A stretch of 38,155 bases of DNA from Chiloscyllium plagiosum (GCF_004010195.1 NC_057749.1:8744293-8782447); one strand, 5' to 3'; shown: positions 22,933 to 33,940, numbered from the stretch's first letter. Notes: generated by a model not told the origin, from the sequence alone. A program made the numbers and translations.

Positions 22933-23526
22933 CCTGGCTTAACCACTGGAGAAGAGTTGAATCTGGTTCTGACTGGAAGCTCTCAGTTCCATCATCAGGG
23001 GATGAAGCTGGAAGCTGTGATGGAGCATTTACAGAGGCAGCAGCAAGTGCGCTTGGAGATGGAGGGCAGGGAGAGGAAGGACCGGGACGTCCACCACGCC
23101 CGCATCTTCTACGCTCAGCAGATGGCAGCAGCCTCGTCCAGATCTCCGCCGGCATCACCGCTGGTCGCCGCCCTGGCCCGCCAATCGGCGCTCGCCGTCC
23201 CACAGGGCTCCGACAAGAGCAGCGAGGACTCGGAAGCTGAGGACGACGCCTTTGAACGGGAGGACGCCGCCAGCGAGCTGGAGGACGAGGACGCGGTGAG
23301 GGGTGAGCTCGACGAGGAGGACGACGGCGAAGAGGAGGACGTGGAGTATCTCAGGAAACGGCCCGCGGCCATGTTGTCTGGTCAGAGGGCCCCACCCGCT
23401 CACCGTCCATCCGTTAGCGGACAATCCCAACAGCAGGGAAATAGTCAGGCCATTTCCCCGAGTCCAGCACATTTGAAATCTCCTGCAAGCCATCACGATT
23501 GGGGTTATGAAGAACAGTTCAAACAG
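22933..23526 (+). CDS. ARID3B: ARID3-family (Bright/dead ringer-like) N-terminal coding exon, 198 codons
   Basis: Acceptor TGTTTTTGTTGTTTTTTTTGACAG| and donor CAG|GTAAGG. The frame is open: PGLTTGEELNLVLTGSSQFHHQG-MKLEAVMEHLQRQQQVRLEME...acidic tract...DWGYEEQFKQ. MKLxAVME and W.YEEQFKQ are ARID3 hallmarks. RERKDRDVHHARIFYAQQM resembles ARID3B REKQ..MREAQFLYAQKL. Family call is strong; paralog call is moderate. Confidence 0.9.
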
Positions 23527-24386
23527 GTAAGGCTTCTCGATCGCGTGCCTGGATTTCGGTTAGCAGCATCAAACTGACTGGATCACTTCAGTGTGCCCTG
23601 CAATGGGGGAGAACATAGTCCAGTAGTAGTCGTGTTCTTCCTAATGGCAAACTTGGAACTTCTCTGAGTCACCTGGATTCTTGCTGTTCTCTTCCCCATG
23701 ACACCTGTCCTAGAATGTGCGCAATTATCACCAAAGGTGCATTCAGGCTGTAGTAATACACTGGCTCAACAGGCATTGACTATTGGCTGCTTTGTCAGTC
23801 TATAGCTATTTTGCTAAGTATTCCCATGGCGATACAGTCAGTCTCGGATACATGATACACCTCTCCTATTGCACAAAAGAGGAATGAATTTTCTCAAGCA
23901 CGATCATGAACAACTGTAATTGCCAAGCAGCTATGCTTGTGCTGCAGGCAAGTTGGGTATTGAAGCCAGTTGTAAAGTCAAGGTTAGTGCGCCTAAACTA
24001 ATGTCAAAGCAGTTCTGATCCAGCATGTTAATAATTAGCTTAAGGACCGTTGTGTACATTAGAACACAAAGCAGCAACAGATTGCTCAGTTCAGACTCCT
24101 TATACAACAAATTAATTGTGGAGCTCCACATCCAATCTACATTGGCATGACCATTTGGAAAGCAGCTATTTGGACCAACTGATCCACACTTATGAACTAT
24201 TCCCCCTCCCCCGCCCCCACCTAATGACACAACGCAATCAATATTTCCTTCTCGCGTACTCACAAGTTTCCCTTGTCCTGCTTGGCTTGTCGTAACATGG
24301 TCTCCTGATCTTGCTCATCGCTGAGTTTGGTGTTGAGGATTGTTTTGAGATTATTCAATACAGCGGTGATCCCTGCCCAGAGTCTA

Positions 24387-24422
24387 GTGTGTGTCTGTGT
24401 GTCTGTGTGTCTGTGTGTCTGT
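24387..24422. repeat. (GTGTGTCT)n microsatellite
   Basis: Direct inspection. Confidence 0.85.
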
Positions 24423-25354
24423 AGTGGAGTCATAGTTTGAACGTACAAGTTTCCATCTGTCGAAATGACTGCAACAGGATCAGGAGTGTAAGGTCCAGGA
24501 GAGATGCGAACTATCAGAGACCCTTTGTGCCTTCTTCACGTGCTCTTTACAGATCGCATTTGGGAAAGGTAGCTCCAGAATGGCTTGGAGTATCAAGGAT
24601 TGGGCTGTCCTTGTTCCACTGGCTGCTTTCTATGCGACCGCTGGGCGAGTTGTGAATTTTTCGGTTTAGAAGCATGAGATAACCAGGCGTGGAATCAGCT
24701 GAAGAGGTCGGAGCTGTGCTCCACCCCATTGCAGGTGTTTCAACATGTGGATGGGACCTAGGCTACAGTGTTGGTAACTAGTCAATGTAGCGGTGACTCG
24801 ATTCTCTATGTCACACGGACCGCGGAGAATTGCTTTCCGCCTCTTACCTGGAGGAAGCTCACTCACGGAGTGTCAGAAATGTTATGGTGAAGCAGGAGGC
24901 CGTTGGGTCCATCCTGCACGCCTGGCTCATTACCTAAGCGTCATTGCACTCATGTTCATGAGGAGGCTGACTCCAAGAGAACACATCCTCCATTGAGATA
25001 TTGCCTCTTCAAGCAACTGGAGTGAAATATGAAATAAATTGGTGGTGATGAGCTTTAGGAATACAAAGGGATCCTAATTTGAGGCACAGGAGGCTATTTG
25101 GCCCAGTCCTCAAAAAAGCTACCAGTTAGTTCCTCTTTTCCTGGAACCTGGCAAAAGTTTCCTTTTCTAAGTGAACGAAGATCCAATTCATTTTTGAAAG
25201 TTATTGTCAATTCTGCTTCTCACCCCCTTCCAAGTCAGTATTTTCTCTCGAAACAAAGCAAAAACTCTCAATTGACTTCTCTTGCCAATTAACTTGAATC
25301 TATCTCCCCTGATTATCCAACCTCCTGCCAGTAGCAATAGTTTCTTCTTGTCGT

Positions 25355-25800
25355 ACGAACATCAGAACTAGAGCAGGAGTAGGCCATCTGGCGCCTCCAG
25401 CCTGCCTACCATTCAATAAGATCGTGGCTGATCTTTTTGTGGACTCCGCTCCATGTACTCACCTGCTCACCCTTAAATCCTTTATTCTTCAAAATTTGAT
25501 CTATCTTTGCCTTAAAAACACTCAATGCGGTGGCCTCAACTGCTTCACTGGGGCAGGGAATTCCACAGATTCACAACTCTTTGGGTGAAGACGTTCCTCC
25601 TCAATTTGGTCCTAAATCTGCTTCCTCTTGTTTTGAGACCATGCCCCGCCAGTGCAAACAACCTCCCTGCTTCTATTTTATCTATTCCCGTCATAATTTT
25701 ATATGTTTCTGAAAGGTTCCCCAGCCTCCTCCTTCGAAATTTCAATGAGTATGGTCCCAGTCTGCTCCATCTCTCGTCATAAGTCAACCCTCTCAAGAAA
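25355..25800 (-). mobile_element. CR1-clade LINE 3' end
   Basis: Minus ORF LGNLSETYKIMTGIDKI..RRNVFTQRVVNLWNSLPQ. Confidence 0.88.
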
Positions 25801-26079
25801 AGCCTGATTGTTTCTGTTGTGGTCCATCTATAGGGTTGGCACGGTGACCTGATGGATATACAGTGCTCGCTGTCACAATTACACACCCCAAAATAGCAAA
25901 GTTATGGATTGGGGTTCTGTTTGGTTGGATCTTCAATTCTGTAAATAAAGGATCGGACCCATAAATTACTTGTAAAATTAATTCTATCTTCAATTCTATT
26001 TTTTTTTCTTGACTGAAGTTTATTGGTTATTTGCTCAAATAAACCAGAGATCTGGACTTTTTAAAAAATACTCTTTGAC

Positions 26080-26233
26080 GCGGTGTAGACGTCATTGGCT
26101 AGTCCAGCATTTATGCCCCATCCCTGATTGTCCAGAGGCCAGCTCAAAGTCTAATGCATTGCCGTGGGTCACACTTCAGGCAGGCTGGGTAAGGACGGTA
26201 GATTTACTCCCCGAAAGGACTTTAGTGAACCAG
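26080..26233 (-). mobile_element. tRNA-derived SINE (family 2) 3' part
   Basis: CCAGCATTTATGCCCCATCCCTGATTGTCCAGAGG is the reverse-complement tail. Confidence 0.6.
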
Positions 26234-26700
26234 GTGGGGCAGCACAGTGGTTCCGTGGTTAGCCCTGCCGACTCACAGTGCCAGGGACCCAGGTTTGATC
26301 CCACCCTCGGGTGACTGTCTGTCTGTGTGGAGTTTGCTTGTTTTCCCTGTGTCTGTGTGGGTTTCCTTTGGGTGCTCTGGCTTCCTCCCACCATCCAAAG
26401 AGATCACATTACCCTTCAGTGGTTCCTGCAGACTCAGATCCTTCAACTCCAGGCAGCACAGATCTTTGACCGGATCGCTCGTGATTTGCTAAGACAGAAT
26501 TAGATCCAAAGATGTGGAAGGTCAGGTGAATTGGCCATGCTAAATTGCTCATCGTATTCAAGGATGTGTAGGTTAGGTGCATTAGTCATGGGTAAATGTA
26601 GAGTAATAGAGTAGGGGAATGGGTTTGGGTGGGTGACTCTGGAGGGTTGATGTGGACTTGTTGGGCCAATGGTCCTGTTTCCACATGTAGGGATTCTATG
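26234..26700 (+). mobile_element. HE1-type SINE interrupted by a ~102-bp foreign insert
   Basis: SINE runs to 26400 and resumes at 26504 after a duplicated ATCCAAAGA. Confidence 0.85.
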
Positions 26701-26974
26701 GTTCACTCAAAAATTCCAAATGAGTGTGCTTTTTCAGATCAGGAAATTCAATCCTTATGGCTGTTTCATGACTAACAGCCCCAAACGAAGGTGATTGACT
26801 CGAAAACATAAATTTCTGGTGGAACTCAGCAGGTCTGGCAGTAACTATGGGGCAGAAGTTAATACTTCGAGTCTAATGATGCTTCTCCATTAGCTCTCCT
26901 TCCTAGGAAGCCACTTAGTTATAGCAACTTGAAGTGGGTGAAGGGGGGGGGGGGGGCAGAAAAGAAAGGCCAGA

Positions 26975-27130
26975 TTTTTATTTTCCTTTATTCGTTCACA
27001 AGATGAGGGCATCACTGGCCAGACAACATTTATCACCCATCCCTAATTGCCCAGTGGGCAGTTAAGTGTTAATCACTTTGCTGTGGGTCTGGAGTCACGT
27101 GTAGGCCAGATCAGGTAAGGATGTGCTATC
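26975..27130 (-). mobile_element. tRNA-derived SINE (family 2) 3' part
   Basis: CATTTATCACCCATCCCTAATTGCCCAG..GGGTCTGGAGTCACGTGTAGGCCAGA. Confidence 0.7.
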
Positions 27131-27206
27131 ATCCAGAAAATAAACTGGGCACGAGTGACTCCAGTCTCCTTTTGAATGATATGATGTCTAGTGTGCTTGA
27201 ACATCC

Positions 27207-27320
27207 TAAGCCCGAAATGTCAGTTCTCCTGCTCCTTGGGTGCTGCCTGACCTGCTGTGCTTTTCCAGCACTATGCTCTCGATTTTGATCTCCAGAATCT
27301 GCAGTCCTCACTTTTTTTCC
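27207..27320 (+). mobile_element. PLE-like element arm, hammerhead core truncated
   Basis: GCCCGAAATGTC..CTGCAGTCCTCACTTT is the reverse complement of the 931-type arm. Confidence 0.75.
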
Positions 27321-27978
27321 GAGCAGTCAAGTTTTAATTTGAGACATGGACTGCACTTGGACGGTGGGGATTCAGTAAAGGCCTCGGAGAGCATTGACTA
27401 ACTGGGGAGGAGACATTTGGAGGGCTACAACAGCAGACCAAGGGCAGCAGAGCTTGTTATTCGGGCATTAATGATGGACCGAATGGTCACAGGATAGAGT
27501 CAGTCTGCTCTCTGATTACAATAGTCATTACATGTCACAAGTACTTAACTTTACTTGTGAAACACTTTGGGAAGTCCTGTCCAAGCACCAATAAAAATGT
27601 AAGTCTTTCTCTCTGTGGTTTCCTCTGAATTCCCAAGGACTTAGCATAACTTTGAAGCCCAAGTATAAAAGTTCCTTCTTTCTTTTGGAAACTGTTCCAT
27701 TTCCCCAGACAGTGTGGAAACATGTTGGTCTGTGCCGAGGTTTATTACCCTTTGGTAAAGGCAGTAATGGATTAGGAAGACCAAAATGGAGAAGGAGTTG
27801 GTGACCTCTGTAGTGAAATCCCGAGTTTTTGCTGTTTTGCGATTTGGACAATGTTAAATTGATGCTGGGCGTTGTGACCATAAAAATACACTCTTTTTCA
27901 CTCATGAGAGAAAAAGAATTGAGTGGGTAGGTTATGTGGACCAGGCACTGTTCCGTTTCATAATGTTGTTCTAAGTTT

Positions 27979-28305
27979 GGGCGGCACGGTGGCACGGTGG
28001 TTAGCACATCTGCCTCACAGCACCAGAGACCCGGGTTCAATTCCCGCCTCGGGCAACTGTCTGTGTGGAGTTTGCACATTCTCCCCGTGTCTGCGTGGGT
28101 TTCCTCCGATTGCTCCGGTTTCCTCCCACAGTCCAAAGATGTGCAGGTTAGGTTAATTGGCCATGCTAAATTGCGTGTAGGTGAAGGGGTAAATGTAGGG
28201 GAATGGGTCTGTGTGGGTTGCTTTTCGGAGGGACAGTGTTGACTTGTTGGGCCGAAGGGCCTCTTTCCTCACTGTAGGGAATCAAATCTGTAAGTAATCT
28301 AATCT
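27979..28305 (+). mobile_element. HE1-type SINE, full length and young-looking
   Basis: CpGs retained; A/B boxes; (TAATC)n tail. Confidence 0.93.
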
Positions 28306-28429
28306 AAATCCTATGCTCATATCTGAGGTGGCCTTTCCAATTCCTTACTGCCATCCTTGACCAGGGGATGAAAATGACTGTGTTCTGTTAGTAACTGGGC
28401 ACTTACTCCTTTTTCTTTTCTCTTGTTAG

Positions 28430-28682
28430 CTTCTCTCCTCTCTACACGCTCGCTCTCTCTCACTTTCTCTCTCGCTCTCTCTCTCCTTTTATGCCCTCTC
28501 TCCCTCACTTATGTTCAATATTTCTCTCTCTCTCTCTCCCTCATGCATCCCTCTCTGTGGTCCCAGGTTCTGTCATTCTCTTTCATGCTCTCTGGTTCTC
28601 TCTCGCTCTCTCTCTTGCGCTGTCTGTCTCTCGCGCGCGCTCGCTCTCTCTTGACCTCTTTCTATCTCCATGTCTTTTCTCT
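28430..28682. repeat. (CT)n-rich polypyrimidine tract with a (CG)n core
   Basis: Direct inspection; CGCGCGCG at about 28632-28640. Confidence 0.85.
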
Positions 28683-29540
28683 TGTGTCTTGCCTGTCATC
28701 AGCCCAATGGAGAGGAGGGGGACGGGGGAGTATTTCAAATCATTTCAATGATTGAACAACACTGATGTGGAATCCTGAATTGTGACCACTGCTCACTGCA
28801 GAGCTTGCTGGAGTGAGATGCAGGGTGGTTAGGATGTGTGTGTTTAACAGATCGCTGATGTATTAAGCAGTTTGAGGGAGTTGGGAGGTTGCTGCAGAGG
28901 AGAGCAATGAAAGATAGCGAGTAGTATATTTCTTGACAGAGTTGAGAGGTTATTAGTGTAACTGTACCACAAACCAGTGTTGGTAATAGCTGCCATCTGT
29001 TCGTATGAAAATTGAAACTGTGATGTTTGGCAGGTGGCCAAGCTGAGCTTTCAAAGAACACTCACCACAAGCCCCTCTGGCACAGCTCCTTGTTTTGGAT
29101 GGGTTTCAAAAGATTTATAACCAGCCCGTGCCAACAATACTTGGCCTGTCAAGAGCGCGAATATGCAGGTGCTTTAGCGTTGCTTAGCTCTTAATTGAAT
29201 TAACCGGCACCTGTCAGCAGGAGGCTTGCTGTGTGTTTTGCTGCCAAACACTGAGCTCTCTTGGCTGGAGCAGGACATCCCAAATTACTTGGGCATTTTT
29301 CATTCCTTCCTTCATTGGTGCAATCCCTTTCAGAGCATCCTGAGGCCAGCAAAGGTTACTGCTTTGAAGTAGATAGTACAGTGTCCTTCCTTCTGCGCTG
29401 TAAGATCATACCAATGATAAATACCAGATCGTTGGATGTTTGATTAAAATTGTTGGCCGGCATACCGAGGGTGAACGTGTTCCCCTCTTCGAAATAGCAC
29501 GGTGCGATTTCGACATTGCCTTGAGCTCCCTGTTATGTCA

Positions 29541-30293
29541 TGGCCCTCCGGCACTGCAGCACTCCCTCTGTTATACAGTGGCCCCTCCGGCCCTGCAGCA
29601 CTCCCTCTGTTATACGGTGGCACCTCTGGCACTGCAGCACTCCCTCTGTTATACAGTGGTCCCTCTGGCGTTATACAGTGGCACCTCCGGCACTGCAGCA
29701 CTCCCTCTGTTATACAGTGGCACCTCCGGCACTGCAGCACTCCCTCTGTTATACAGTGGCACCTCCGGCACTGCAGCACTCCCTCTGTTATACAGTGGCA
29801 CCTCCGGCACTGCAGCACTCCCTCTGTTATACAGTGGCACCTCCGGCACTGCAGCACTCCCTCTGTTATACAGTGGCACCTCCGGCACTGCAGCACTCCC
29901 TCTGTTATACAGTGGCACCTCCGGCACTGCAGCACTCCCTCTGTTATACAGTGGCACCTCCGGCACTGCAGCACTCCCTCTGTTATACAGTGGCACCTCC
30001 GGCACTGCAGCACTCCCTCTGTTATACAGTGGCACCTCCGGCACTGCAGCACTCCCTCTGTTATACAGTGGCACCTCCGGCACTGCAGCACTCCCTCTGT
30101 TATACAGTGGCACCTCCGGCACTGCAGCACTCCCTCTGTTATACAGTGGCACCTCCGGCACTGCAGCACTCCCTCTGTTATACAGTGGCATCTCCGGCCC
30201 TGCAGCACTCCCTCTGTTACACAGTGGCCCCTCCGGCACTGCAGCACTCCCTCTGTTATACAGTGGCATCTCCGGCACTGCAGCACTCCCTCA
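29541..30293. repeat. 39-bp minisatellite (GGCACCTCCGGCACTGCAGCACTCCCTCTGTTATACAGT), ~19 units
   Basis: Near-perfect central units, variant edge units, and one truncated unit near 29660-29680. Confidence 0.97.
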
Positions 30294-30829
30294 GTCCCAT
30301 TGGTCTGTGGAATGTGAATCTCTGACCCAAAGCTCAGAGTGCCGCTGTGGAGCCGCGGTTGACACCATCAAATGGGCTTGCCCTGAGGTAGTTCAGTATT
30401 CTTTTAAGATATCCTGCTTGCCTCCTGTCTGTCTCCACACCAGGCCCACATTCTGCCCAGTGCAATGAGGCATGATCTCCTGTCCGCTGTCACCTACTCT
30501 GCACACTCTCTATCCTACTCTGTGTTCCCTGTCCACGTATACAATATTCTTTACACAAGTGTTGATGGGCTGTGGGGTATGCTGATCAGAGGCACGTTCC
30601 CTTCAAGTCCCACCCTTCATGGCAATGAACTGCCTCTCTCCAAGGTGTCGGTCAGAATATGGAGCCCATGATGACGGCTTTGCCCAACTCCTCCTCCTGC
30701 AGGGCACTGAGACCAGTTTGAGAGTGCCTGGTGTGATTGCTGCACGGAAGGTGGCCATTCAGCCCGTTGAGTCTGTGCTGCTAACTATAAAGAACCAACG
30801 AGACAGAGTTCTGATGTATGAGAACGTGT

Positions 30830-31365
30830 CGGGTTGTGTGCGTGTGTATGTGTATCAATGTGTCTGGGCTGTGTGTGTAGTCAGTGCATTTGTGTTGTTG
30901 TATGTGTGTGCGTGTCACTATGTGAAAGTTAGCATATCAGTGTGTCTGGCACAGGTCATGTGTATCTGTGTCTGTATGCATTTAGGGGGTGTGTGTGTGG
31001 CTGTGTATGCATTAGGGGTAAGTCTGCTCTGTGTCTGCTGTATGTGTGTGCATCAGTGTGTCTGTTGTGTGTAGCTGTGTATGCATCAGTGTGTCTGCTC
31101 TGTGTGTGTGTGTGTAGCTATCAGTGTGTCTGCTGTATGTGTGTGCATCAGTGTGTCTGTTGTGTGCAGTTGTGTGTGCATCAGTGTGTCTGCTCTGTGT
31201 GTAGCTGTGTATGCATCAGTGTGTCTGCTCTGTGTGTGTGTTAAGCTGTGTATGCATCAGTGTGTCTGCTGTGTGTCTGCGTGTGTGTGTGTCTGCGTAT
31301 ATATTGGTATACCCAGTATTTGTCTTGGCAGTGTGTCTGCGCACTAGTGTGCATCTGTGCATGTG
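30830..31365. repeat. GT-rich low-complexity/minisatellite region (GCATCAGTGTGTCTG motif)
   Basis: Direct inspection. Confidence 0.9.
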
Positions 31366-32602
31366 AATTTGTCAGTCAAATCCATGCTTCCCGGAGTAGT
31401 CTCTCACTCCACTGTTGAAGCGAGGGCCTCGATATCCAGCTCTAATTGGAAGCTGACCTCCCCTTTCAGTGATTAAATGAACTTGCTCGCCACACTCTGT
31501 CATTCTCACTCATTTCCCTTTCATTCTCCGGGTCTTCTATTTTCTCATGTGCCAATTTTAAAAAGTTTAATTGGGCTATTAAGTTTCCACGTGCCGTGAG
31601 GTTAGCCACAGCAATTTAATGTGCTTGCCAAACAGCAATATTAAATTTCCCCATTCATTTAGCAAAAAAAAGGAAGCTTGAATTGGACACATTGATTAAG
31701 TTACTTACAGTATCCTGTTACTGTCCGCCCGCCCTCCCTCTGCTGCTGTGAATTTTATGAATACATATTTCTAGCCAACTCCAGTTTCTTTTCAGTTACA
31801 CAGGGGCTGTGGGGAATGATTATCTTTGTAAAAGTCCCAACTCAGTTGTGACGCAGTGGAATGTTTTACCCAGCATGACACAACCTGGGAATGTGTCACA
31901 CTTTTTGCCCTAACTGAACTTTTATTGCCTATCCCTCAGACCCTGGGAAAGGAGTGGTACAGTTGAGTGTCTTGCCAAGGCATATCAGAAAACAATTGAA
32001 GGGTCATCCATGAGGAAATGCAAACTCCTGTTAATTGCCTTTAGGTTGTGTGGGTAAGCCAACTGGAATTTTTCCCAGCTTCATTGCACCTCTTGCTAAA
32101 CTAGGCATTCATTTCTTGCTGAAAAGAGAGATGTTTGGGAGCTTTCCATCTTGCCCTTGTCAGGACCAATGCAAGAATGCCAAATTTCGAACCATCACAA
32201 CAATTTATACTACAAGAGAAAAGGCTACTGACTGGTTGGCTCAGGCTGTGGTGATTGGCCAAGGTGTTGGTATAGGTGATGGAAATGGGTAACTACAGGC
32301 TCTGGGTTTCTGGGAAATCTAAGAAAGGTGCAAGGCTTAAACCTATTCCTTTTGTTTGCAGAAAGCAGGGCCCAGTTATGAATGTATGTCACTTCCAGCA
32401 AGCGTGTGTGAACCGTGTAACGTGTCTGACTGATCATCTTCACAGATTGTTCATGTAGCTACAAGTGTGCACAGGATTGGACAGCACTTGCTGAGCAATC
32501 ATGGAATGACATCTAGCAGTGGCTGATTGTGGTTTTGCAAGCGTGAGTTGGTTGAGCATGGTCTTTGTACCCTACCTGTTAATGACGGCTGAACCAAGTT
32601 CA

Positions 32603-32932
32603 TAGAATCATTCCAGTGTGGAAGCAGGTCATTCAGCCCATCGAGTCCACACTGACCTCCAAAGAGCATCCCACCCAGACCCACCCCAATACCCTATCAC
32701 TGCATTTCCCATGGCTAGCCAACCTAATCTGCACATCTGGGCAATTTGGCATAGCCAATCCACCCTAAGCTGCACATCATTGGAGTATGGGAGGAAACTG
32801 GAGCACCCAGAGGGGGCCTTCACATACATAGGGAGAATGTGCAAACTGGACACAGTCACCCGAGGCTGGAATTGAGCCTGGCTCCCTGGCATTGTGAGGC
32901 AGCAGTGCTAACCACTGAGCCACCATGCCGCT
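32603..32932 (-). mobile_element. HE1-type SINE
   Basis: GTGCTAACCACTGAGCCACCATGCCGC reverse-complement head. Confidence 0.88.
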
Positions 32933-33249
32933 CCAATCAAGTTGTTTGATTTGATCACCCTGGCATTGGGATATACATTCTACCTAGCGGGCATCAGCTG
33001 ATGCTGACATGTCTACATGACTTTGTTCAATTCTGTTGTGGACAGATATCTATATGATTAACAGTCATACCCCATTAGTGGGAAATATCACTTGCATTGA
33101 CACAGCATCGTGGCAAAGTAAAACCACTTGCTTCAACTGTTTTTCATTTTTTTGAGATACTTTGCCTCTCCAGAATAGATGATAAACTGAATGAAAAATG
33201 TTTTTTGAAAATTGAATCAATATATAAAATAAATTGAAGTGAATTTAGT

Positions 33250-33558
33250 GAAGACCTTCCAAACCCATAGCCACTTCCATCTAGAAGGATAGGGCAACAG
33301 ATACATGGGAACACCACCCCTTACAATATTCCCCCTTCAAGCCACTTACCATCCCAATTTGGAAATATATCACCGTTCCTGCAGTGCCATTGGGACAAAA
33401 TCCTAGAATTCCCTCAAGGGCATTGTGGGTCAACCCACAGCAGGTGGGCTACGGCGGTTCAAGAAGGCAGCTCACCATCACCTGCTCAAGGGGCAACTAG
33501 GGACTGGCAATAAATGCTAGCCCAGCCAGCAACGCACACATCCCATATATGAAAGAAA
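33250..33558 (+). mobile_element. LINE 3' end sharing its tail with SINE family 2
   Basis: GGGCAACTAGGGACTGGCAATAAATGCTAGCCCAGCCAGC..CATCCCAT. Confidence 0.65.
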
Positions 33559-33569
33559 AGGAACCCTGC

Positions 33570-33660
33570 TCAGATGCTGCCAGGCCTGCTGAGTTTCTCC
33601 AGAAGTTTCCGTTTTTGTGTGTTTCTGATCTCCAGCATCCGTGTTCATTTTTGCTTTATC
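33570..33660 (+). mobile_element. PLE-like element terminal fragment
   Basis: CAGATGCTGCCAGGCCTGCTGAGTTTCTCCAG..TCTCCAGCATC. Confidence 0.65.
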
Positions 33661-33844
33661 TTGTGTTAGTTTGATCTCCTCCCAGGTCGCATTGACACAT
33701 AAGGCAGACAAAGCATCGCCTTAAATCTTAGATGTTCTTATAGTTGGTTTTTGCTGGAATGACTCTCAAAGATGTTACCAGAAGCTCTAGATTGAGGACT
33801 CGACATTCCCATTTCAAATGTGATTGGTTTAGAGACTCTGTTCG

Positions 33845-33940
33845 CCCAGGAGCAGGCAGGTGGGACTAGTTTAGTTTGCAATTATGGTCAGCATGGACTG
33901 GTTGGATTAAAGGGTCTGTTTCTGTGCTGTATGACCCTAT
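33845..33940 (+). mobile_element. HER1/CR1 3' tail
   Basis: GCAGGTGGGACTAGTTTAGTTTG..GGGTCTGTTTCTGTGCTGTATGAC. Confidence 0.8.

Noticed and set aside
22850..23496. Antisense and alternative-frame ORFs over the ARID3 exon
   Set aside because: These are shadow ORFs of a GC-rich coding exon with no independent support.
23527..23577. ORF continuation VRLLDRVPG...
   Set aside because: This is read-through into the intron past the CAG|GTAAGG donor at the conserved exon boundary.
29440..30468. Five overlapping long ORFs (209-342 aa), and a CRISPR-like look
   Set aside because: These are translations of a 39-bp tandem repeat. There are no unique spacers and no cas genes, and the DNA is eukaryotic.
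30619..31347. Cys/Val-rich ORFs
   Set aside because: They are translations of GT-rich low-complexity DNA.
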